Assembly (NCBI RefSeq): GCF_009914755.1 | Contig: NC_060930.1 | Length of the DNA stretch: 64,000 bases | Strand: one strand, 5' to 3' | Origin: the human T2T-CHM13v2.0 reference genome, Homo sapiens | Part shown: positions 54,039-64,000 of the stretch, one piece after another | Position numbering within the stretch: the first letter of the stretch is position 1 | Layout: every line of letters begins with the position of its first letter | Made by a program: the position numbers and the translations under genes | Notes under the pieces: generated by a model | Seen by the model: the letters and a program-made list of their open reading frames with translations, nothing else | The model's database searches: none | What the model was told of the DNA's origin: nothing

Positions 54039-54773
54039 AGTCTAAATGGTGTTTGGCTGAACAGAGCGCGTCTGGAACCTTTAAGGGTCTATTCCATTCA
54101 TCAGGGAGACTACATCCAACTTGGAGTGCCTCTGGAAAATAAGGAGAATGCGGAGTATGAATATGAAGTTACTGAAGAAGACTGGGAGACAATATATCCT
54201 TGTCTTTCCCCAAAGAATGACCAAATGATAGAAAAAAATAAGGAATTGAGAACTAAAAGGAAATTCAGTTTGGATGAATTAGCAGGTCCTGGAGCTGAAG
54301 GCCCCTCAAATTTGAAATCCAAAATAAATAAAGTGTCTTGTGAATCTGGTCAGCCAGTGAAATCACAGGGGAAAGGTGAAGTGGCCAGTACACCCTCTGA
54401 CAATTTGGATCCTAAGTTGACTGCCCTTGAGCCAAGTAAGACCACAGGGGCTCCCATTTACCCTGGCTTCCCCAAAGTCACAGAGGTTCATCATGAGCAG
54501 AAAGCCTCAAACTCTTCAGCATCTCAGAGAAGCTTACAGATGTTTAAGGTGACCATGTCCAGGATTCTGAGGCTCAAAATACAGATGCAGGAAAAACATG
54601 AAGCCGTTATGAATGTGAAAAAGCAGACCCAAAAGGGGAACTCAAAGAAAGTTGTGCAAATGGAGCAGGAACTTCAGGACTTACAGTCCCAGCTGTGTGC
54701 AGAGCAGGCTCAGCAGCAGGCAAGAGTGGAGCAACTAGAGAAGACTTTCCAGGAAGAGGAACAGCATCTTCAG
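54039..54773 (+). CDS. RNF8: RNF8 exon 3 (aa 81-325): end of FHA (SLNGV), linker, start of coiled coil
   Basis: Long pyrimidine tract + ccccag| acceptor, CAG|gtacca donor. 735 nt open frame inside ORF 53922..54926. Confidence 0.97.
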
Positions 54774-57067
54774 GTACCACACAGAAGGGAAGGGCAAGAG
54801 TGGTCTTCAGGGGTGGGGCAGGCACTTCATGAGTCTCTGGCCAGAGTTCTCAGTTTCTGGGCCAGGTACCAAATTCTGAGCACCAAAGACAGGAAATGGA
54901 ATGGGAACAGTAAACTTTTGAGATAAGGGAAGGGGATTGAGTAGAGGGTTAAGGCTTCAGCATGCTGATGAGATCAGGAGCCAGAGTTAGAGTGCCAAGA
55001 TAGGGTAAAGTGACCAGCAGAGCCAGCCAGGGCATAACTCATCCCAGGAGGCAAAGCTGAGGCAACTCAGAACCAACATGAATTCAGGGGGAAGTTAGGT
55101 GAAGGTCAACATGCCACAAAACCACAGTATAGTCCAATTGAATCAATAGTTGTCTTCAAGACTTGTGTATCTTTGCTCTGTGGCCAAGGCCAAATCACTT
55201 AGTCTCAGGGCAGGTACAGGTCAGCTGGTTCCTCTGCCCTGGTACCTGACAGTTTGTTAGCTATAAAGGTTAGTTAACTCTGTAGCTAAGCCAGGAGGTG
55301 AGGGGCTAAAAAGGCAGAAAATGTTTTTGTTTCTATTTTGAGCAGCCAGCATGTGATGGGACAGATGCACCATGACTGCATTGTTGGGTTGAATGATAAA
55401 CCACCTTCCACAGTGCCTATAGTAGGAAGGTAAAATAATGACTGTCTTAGCTGTATAAAGGTAAGACCAAATGTATTTCCATCCCTCAGTCATTTGCTTA
55501 GATGACAAGCTCTTGCACAAAGCTTTAGGCTAGAGCAGATCCTGTCCCTGCTCAAAATGTCATTTCCTATCTGGCAGGAACCACATATTTTGCTCCCACC
55601 CAGTTGCTCAGATAATATTGAATGTCAAGAATTCCCCATTGTTGACTTAGAACTCAGACGGACCAGTCACAACTAAAGTGAATAAGCTTTTTGTTTGGGT
55701 TGCTCAGGGTAAGGAACAGCCAGGGGTAGTGTTGGCTTATTTCTGAGCAATTTATAAATTTCATTCTGATCTCTGCCATCCCCTTGAACTGACAGTATTA
55801 GCAAAGGCCATGGATTAAATAGGTCTTTTGAGAGTATACACTGCTTACTTATGTGTACCTTTTTGCTTCCCTTATCCAGCCTAGACTAGTTCTTGAAATT
55901 AATAGAGGGTGGTTTATGTCTACGTGTTTAGTATATCACACCTTCACCAGGACAGAACTCTCTGTAAAGGCTAATATGTTCAGGAACAAGTTACTGTTGC
56001 TTAATATTTGTGGCTGCTCTGGACATGCCTCAAGGTATAGCTGCAAAATCTTTTTCTGTACCAAAATGTTAAAGGCGAAAGGATTGGTTTAGAGAATTTC
56101 TCTGGGTATGAGTTGGTTGTGTATATGATGCTCATAGTGAAGTGTATCTAGTCCCTTGTTTATCAGCTGCATCTCCCTCTGCCCACCAAGCCCTGAGGAT
56201 TTATCCTATCCCCTACTGCTGGTTTAGAAGCTCATTAAACCCTTGCTCCTTCACACTTTTTTTTTTTTTTTTAAGTACTCAAATTGCCTGGTACTAGGGA
56301 ATTCTAGTGGTTATAAAGATGCTTACCAAATGGTTTTTGCCATTAAGGAATTTATCTTGTTGAGGAGGCAAGATGTTTCCTGCACACGATATAATCAGAG
56401 AATAGTTTTCAGTCAATATAGTAAATTAGAGAACAATTTCAAGTTGGCATATTAAATGGGTAGGTAATTCTTAAGGACAGAAGGGCCCAGAAGTTCTTTT
56501 GGAAGGTGCTGGACATATAGGTTAATGATCACCTGGAAAGCTTCCACATTGGAGGGGGCTGATGAGGAAATACAGCATAAGCTCAGGCAAGGAGAGAGGA
56601 GGAGCAGAGGAGCAGTGTATAAACTGAAGTGGTAAAGACTCAGAATGAGAGACAAGATGGCCAGAGTAGAGGGAAAAGAAGCATGCTAGATGTTGTGAGT
56701 GCCAGCACTGGGAATTACATCTGAGTTTAGGTATTTGGGGGCTCAGAACTTCTCAGTTTACATCCTTTTGGGAATCATGGCGTTAGTCCATGAAGGGGGC
56801 TTGGACTGTTAGGCCATAGTATTTCCAGAACAACCCAATTGGTGGCTTAAAGCCGACAGTCCTGAAGTGTGCAGTATTTGAGCAGATAACTGCTCAAATT
56901 CTTTACTGCCAACAGCTTGAAGTAAAACAGGAGATTTTCCACCTGCTCCCTCACCCCTGTTGTTTCCAGATGCTCATACTAGCTGGTCTGCTCTGCTTGT
57001 TGCTGGATTGTGTTCCTTTTTTTCTTTTCCCTGCAGAGAAACCTTCCATTTTGTTTTGGCTTTGCAG

Positions 57068-57130
57068 GGTTTGGAGATAGCCCAAGGAGAAAAGGACCTG
57101 AAGCAACAGCTGGCCCAGGCTCTGCAGGAG
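57068..57130 (+). CDS. RNF8: RNF8 exon 4 (aa 326-346), GLEIAQGEKDLKQQLAQALQE
   Basis: tttgcag| acceptor, GAG|gtaact donor, 63 nt in frame. Confidence 0.94.
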
Positions 57131-58227
57131 GTAACTTTGCCATAGTACTAAGATTATAGTGGGCTGTGGAGTGGGGAGCAAACAGGCATCACATGACCAC
57201 TGGCTGCCTCTGCTGCTTAGCCCATACCTCTGTGGCATCCCCAGTCTGTAAACAGAGCAGGTGGCAGCTGCTCACACCATCAGATCAGAGATTTGGAGCC
57301 TTACAAACATGCCAGACCTCAGCATGAAAACTTACATCTTTGTCTGAGCAGAAGTTGCTCTGGTGAAGATGGAATGGAGCTTTAGCAGTTAAGAGGCTCT
57401 CTGGGGAAGTGGCTCCACTTCTAGAAAGGTGAGGGCAGCAGAGGGAAAATGTGAGGTATGACTTGGCCACCAGGGCCCGTGAAGGCCTCTGTTACCGCAA
57501 TGTTCCTGAGCTGTAGCCAACCAGAAACAATTGGGGAATGTTCCAGTTAAGCATTTTAGGCCAGGTTGAGAATGTGCAGTTTAACAATCAACAACACATA
57601 TCAATTTATTGAAAAGGTAAAGCTCAACAGGACTAAAATTCTCCTAAAAGATTGCCTGTAATTTATTTAATTTAACCTGACTACTCTCATTTGATTATTT
57701 TTTTGTGTGCTCTTTTGCATCTTTAAAACCTACTATGTCTTCTACCTTTTATGTATTATGATTAGTAGTTTAGTGCCATTTAGTCAGGATGGTTCAAATC
57801 TCATTGGAAAGAGTGAGCAAATCACATAGGAATTTGTTCAGGGGAATTTATCCTTTTATCGTAAACCTACTTCCCAACCTTAACAGTGCTAACAGTCATA
57901 CAGTATTGTAAGCATGACAGGGTGCCTGCCTTGATCTCCTTGAGGGTTGCACAAACAGCTTTGGAAAGAATTAGATGAAAATTAATTCAATCTTTTTAGA
58001 ATTTTATTTTTTGAGCTTGTTTATTTTCTAGGGTGGGAGAGTAGGCATGTTTCCCATTTGGAACATTATTAAGTTAATATTCAGACATTGTTTTGAAATT
58101 GAAAAAGAATGTGGTTCTGCTAGTTGGAAATCCCTGAGGGATCACTGAGTACCCTGCACCCTCTCCTGAGACAGGAAAACACTCTATCATTTTGCATGGG
58201 ATACTTGGCCATGCATTTATTAGCTTA

Positions 58228-58549
<322 letters not shown>

Positions 58550-58681
58550 CTATACCATCATGCCTGGGGGACATGCCACTCTCATGCAGTGGTGGTTTTT
58601 TGTTCCACCATGCTGATACTTTTGAAAGCTGTTCTTTACCAGACCATTATAAAAACTGTTTTTATAATGGTCTTTTATAAC

Positions 58682-58861
58682 TGATTTCCTGTTTAAATCA
58701 CATAATACCTTCCTCTCCAATCTCCAAGAAACTACCACATCTTTTTAAACCGAGTGATTCATAAGTTCTCAGGGAATTTGACTATAGTTAGAAATGGGTC
58801 CAGACCTTCACTGCCCTAAGCAGTCTGCCAGTCTTTGCTTTGAGTGGAAAAGAAAATAAAA
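58682..58861 (+). repeat. Local direct repeat, copy 1 (RNF8 intron 4)
   Basis: Matches 61140-61322 with 4 substitutions and one 3-nt indel by manual alignment. Confidence 0.95.
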
Positions 58862-58927
58862 AGATGTGTTTATATACAGCTCAAAAAACTTCTCTGAATG
58901 CTTTTCATACCTGTTATTTTCTTATGA

Positions 58928-59086
<159 letters not shown>

Positions 59087-60175
59087 TGAGTAGCTGGAAC
59101 CATAGGCGCGCGCCACAATGCCCGACAATTTTTTTGTATTTTTGGTAGAGATGAGGTTTCACCATGTTGCCGAGGCTGGTCTCAAACTCCTGAGCTCAAG
59201 CCATCCACCCGGCTCAGCCTCCCAAAGTGCTGGGATTACAGGTATTATGAGCTACCACGCCCGGCCATATTTTCCCATTTTATAGATGAGAAAGTTAAAA
59301 TACACATATCTAATTAGTGTGTCAAGTTGAAGACCCAGGCCTTTTGACATAACTGCTTTTTTTTGTCAGGAGATCACACATTTTAAAATTTGGTTCTTGA
59401 ATAATATCTTTTCAAAAATACTTACCTTTACTCCACCTTCTTTTAAAAAGAATTTGAGGTGAGATTCTAAAGTATAAGCTATACTTAAGCATGAGAGAAC
59501 TCATAAATTATGTTTCATATATGTGGAACCTCTTGACATTCAGCATAGGCATTTAGTCACAATGAATGAGCTGTTAGCTCCTGGGTGTGCCTTCTTCCAG
59601 AAAACACTGGCAGGGTTCAGGCAGCATTGTCTGAGCATGTAATATGTGATTTGTAGAACAAATAGGTTAAAAATCTTTTTTATTTCAATAAAAATGACTA
59701 TCTAATTCTGCTGATTCCCATTTCCTCCTGATTATTTCATAAAAGCTGCTTCCAGTTCTGAATAGCTTTTAATTACTTACTAGTTCTTAAATACTGTTCC
59801 CAGAATCACTTGGGTGGCTTTAAAAAAAAAGAAAAAAAGAAAAGCACATTTCTGGGCTCCAAGCCAAACCTATAGAAGCAGACTCTGGGACACAGTGAAA
59901 GTTCTTCAGTTGACTTGGATGGCCACCAATGTTGGGTTAGTTTTAGAGGCCCTAGTCCATTTGGTGGCCGCCTTCCCTAACTGCCCTCTCCCCTGAAAAA
60001 AGCAGCAGGTAGGTAAGATAGCCCAATGGAATAAAGGTATTATTTTGAAATTGCCAATTTATCGATCCCTGAACCACAAAGTCACTAACTAGAGGGAGAG
60101 AACAGGCATGTTTGTGGCTAAAAGGAAGGATGCATTGTAGTTCATCCTGAGTATGTATCTGCTATGTTTTTGCAG

Positions 60176-60265
60176 CATTGGGCTCTAATGGAAGAGCTAA
60201 ATCGCAGCAAGAAGGACTTTGAAGCAATCATTCAAGCCAAGAACAAAGAATTAGAGCAGACCAAG
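60176..60265 (+). CDS. RNF8: RNF8 exon 5 (aa 347-376), coiled coil, HWALMEELNRSKKDFEAIIQAKNKELEQTK
   Basis: tttttgcag| acceptor, AAG|gtactg donor, 90 nt in frame. Confidence 0.95.
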
Positions 60266-60672
60266 GTACTGGAAAGAAGATGGAAGTTTAGAATTTGGTT
60301 AGTGCATGCAACTCAGCATTTTCAACAGTGCAAGGGTTGCTAGGGAAAATAAAGAGAGAAATTATGGCTGCTCCTTGCCTCTGGGGAGATAATCTATAAA
60401 ATTATAGAGGCCTATAGCAGGTTCTGCCTGTCAGACAACATCTATTTCCTTCCCTTGTTCAGAAGCAAAATGCTGGGAATAAGGCACTTGCATCCTGTAT
60501 TCTAGTCCTTTGTCTATGGTGGGTACTCCTTCAGAGTGTGTCACTGATACAGACTGAGGAATATTGTAGTCAAGAAATAGTTCCTCCTGAACTATGTAAT
60601 TTGAATTACATAAAGTAAAGTGAATTACTTAATGCAGTTTCTTCCCATGTCAAATCAGGAGAACTCTTGAAT

Positions 60673-61045
60673 TAGGGGTTATAAACTTAAATGCCCACCA
60701 GGGCCAGACTGGTAATCAAAGTGAGTGAAGTGGCCTGAATGTAAGAACACAGTAGGGAGCTGTGCGGGCTATGGCTTATTGGATGGGGTACTTGCCCACA
60801 CCCCCATCCCAGGAGGCAACTCTTCTCTGCTCAGCCAATTGTTGCCATCCAGAAGTGCAGGCCCAGTGTTGTCAGATCTTCTGATTTTTCCACAGCAGAT
60901 GAAAGTCCAAATGTTTAAGTGAAATATCCCAAATTTTAAATATTGGCAACAACTTCAGCTTTTTGTGTGTGTTTTAATATGAAGGCCAAACTAAACAAGT
61001 CTGCAGGGTGGATCCAGTCCACAGGCCACCAATTTGCAACCTCTG
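60673..61045 (-). mobile_element. MER102-like hAT-Charlie element
   Basis: Termini taggggttataaact / aatttgcaacctctg, 8-bp TSD-like flanks tcttgaat / acttgaaa. Confidence 0.7.
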
Positions 61046-61139
61046 ACTTGAAATTAATACCTGAGTCTGACTGCATCTGTCATCCCACCCCCTCCATGTA
61101 CCAACCTAGAACTGAAGGAGGGACTTGTTTTAGCTGGTT

Positions 61140-61322
61140 TGATTTCCTGTTTAAATCACATAATACCTTCCTCTCCAACCTCCAAGAAACTGCCACATCT
61201 TTTTAAACCCAGTGATTCATAAGTTCTCAGGGAATTTGACTATGGTTAGAAATGGGTCCAGACCTTCTTCACTGCCCTAAGCAGTCTGCCAGTCTTTGCT
61301 TTGAGTGGAAAAGAAAATAAAA
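61140..61322 (+). repeat. Local direct repeat, copy 2 (RNF8 intron 5)
   Basis: Matches 58682-58861. Confidence 0.95.
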
Positions 61323-61897
61323 CAATTAAAAATGAGCCAGCCACTCAAATATACCTCAAATGGCCTATCCTCTCCCCCTCAGGGGCTCTTAATGCTTTTT
61401 GTTTTGGGGGTGAAGTGCTAAAATAAATGTCTGCTTCAAGAGAGCATACGTAGGAGCCTCCTTAAAAAGTGTGTCCACACGCAGTCTGACCTCTTGGGGA
61501 AAGCCGGGGAGATGGTACTGCAGGCCTCTGCAGGAGTGGGAAGTGGCAGGTATCATAGAGCATGGAGCCTGAAGGTAATTCAAGAGGCCTGTCTCCAGCC
61601 TTCTGCCTCCAGAGGTGTACCTTACTTTACAGAAAAGGCAGCTGCAAAGAACACAGCAACTTTATAACTAATTCAAGTTTCCTGCCTCTGGACTATTCAT
61701 GCCTCTTTTCTTGTCCAGTGAGTTTTTAATTGTTTGGGATAATCTTATGTAATGTCTGAACTACAGCTTGCTATAAACTACTTAATGTCCCATCTGGTCT
61801 TGGGTGGTTGGTGTGGTTAGTATGTCACCTGCATTTTTCTCATTTGATTAATTTTGGGGAAGGAGACAGAATTTGCAATGCAAATACTGAAAAAGTG

Positions 61898-62243
61898 GTG
61901 TTTTAGTCCATTCAGGCTACTACAAAAAAGACCCATAAACTGCGTAGCTTAAAAACAACAGAAATTTATTTCTCACAGTACTGGAGGTTGGGAAATCCAA
62001 GATCAAGATGCTGGCATGTTTGGTGTCTGGTGAGGGCTGTCTTCTGATTCGTAGATGGAGTCTTGCCATGTCTGTCCCTATATGGCGGAAGGGGCAAATG
62101 AGCTCTCCTTGGGCCCCTTTAAGGCCACTAACCCCATTTATGAGCATGGAGCCCTCATGACCTAGTCACCTCCCAAAGGCCCCACCTCTTAATACCATCA
62201 CGTTTGAAAATAAGTTTCAACATGGGAATTTGGGAGGAAGCAC
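61898..62243 (-). mobile_element. MaLR LTR (MLT1A/MST type)
   Basis: aaacaacagaaatttatttctcacagtactggaggttgggaaatccaagatcaag ... cacaaacattcagaccatagca. Confidence 0.8.
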
Positions 62244-62481
62244 AAACATTCAGACCATAGCAAGTAGGGAGAGGAAAGAAAGGAGGTTAGTGCTCTGTAT
62301 TAGAAAACAATTATTGAAAAACAATAAGCCTTAGGGAAAGTGTTCTATTCTTAATGTTGCTGCACCAGAATGAATCACTCATTAAGACTGAATCCTCTTC
62401 TAAATAATTGACCCTGCTCCCTGTCCCATTTTGCATTTTTGTTGGTTCTCTGAATGACAGGTAGGATTGTGTGTCTTGCAG

Positions 62482-62813
<332 letters not shown>

Positions 62814-63791
62814 TAGTAGACATGGGGTTTTGCCATGTTGGCTAGGCTAGTCTCGAACTCCTGACCTCAGGTGATCTGCCCACCTCAGCCTCCCAAAGTG
62901 CTGGGATTACAGGTGTGAGTCACCACACCCAGCCGACCCCTTCTTATTCTCCCAACCCTGAATGAAGCCTGGGCTACACAGGCTGCTTCTACTATAGGGG
63001 AACATTCTGAAGAGATTTTCTTCCAGGAACTTATAACTATTTGATTTCAAAGTCACCTCTAGAGATGACCACCTCTTATTTGTTTTTATAATCTTCTTTC
63101 CCTTCACTGTCCTTTTTTGGCATTTCATCTGTTCTTAAATGTTTATTTGGTATGATTAACATTTTGAGCTGCAATGAAGCCTTTATCTCTTTGTTGTTGA
63201 GGAGAAAACAGGGCCAAATTAGATTTTGGAAGTATCAGAATAAAGCTGCTCAATAAAAGCTATTCTTTCTTTACTCTGAATGGGCACTATGCCGAGAATA
63301 TGCTTATAGTGCAACCTTTTAAACGAGGGGGTAAACGTCATTAAAATGTGGTCACTTTGGGAATTTACGGCCCAAGTTGAATATATTTCAGGGACTCTGA
63401 GGCTCCTTATGGAAATGAAACCTCTACCATTTGTTAGCCTATCATATTTTTGCACTGGCTTATTTATTTATTTGACAAATTCTGCTGTTTGTGACCAGTT
63501 CACCTTAGACCACAGATGTTAAATTCAAGTTGCTAAATGACAGTGCTATTCAGACTCCTTTAAAAAGAAGGCCAGGTGCAGTGGCTCACACCTGTAATCC
63601 CAGCACTTTGGAAGGCCAAGGCAAGAGGATCACCTGAGGTTAGGAGCTCGAGACCAGACTGGCCAACATGGTGAAACACCATCTCTACTAAAACTACAAA
63701 AATTAGCCAGACATGGTGGTGTGTGCATGTAGTCCCAGCTAGTCGGAAGGCTGAGGCAGGAGAATCACTTCAATTTGGGAGGCGGAGGCTA

Positions 63792-63998
<207 letters not shown>

Positions 63999-64000
63999 AA

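Noticed and set aside
53922-54926. 334-aa ORF as a single-exon gene
   Set aside because: It is RNF8 exon 3 plus stop-free intron flanks, with clear splice sites at 54039 and 54773.

Overview
This is primate genomic DNA, almost certainly human, recognised from the translated exons. It contains the 3' end of TBC1D22B: the last three coding exons (2276-2403, 2684-2779, 16598-16726) and a 3' UTR ending near 18525. About 21 kb of repeat-dense intergenic sequence follows. Then come the CpG-island promoter and coding exons 1-6 of RNF8, the FHA/coiled-coil/RING E3 ligase of the DNA double-strand-break response (codons 1-412; the gene continues past the window). Both genes are on the + strand. The rest is mostly Alu, L1, L2, L3, LTR and DNA-transposon remnants plus a 7SL retropseudogene. 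I found no new multi-gene system. The most unusual signals are three local templated-duplication scars in and near RNF8: a ~180-bp direct repeat flanking exon 5 next to a perfect 33-bp palindrome, an 82-bp inverted copy, and a short duplication with an inverted filler. I also note candidate RNF8 regulatory features (a strong-Kozak uORF, a poison exon, two alternative acceptors, all-phase-0 exons), a full-length CTCF site and several nested transposon insertions. Repeat boundaries and subfamily names were judged by eye and are approximate.
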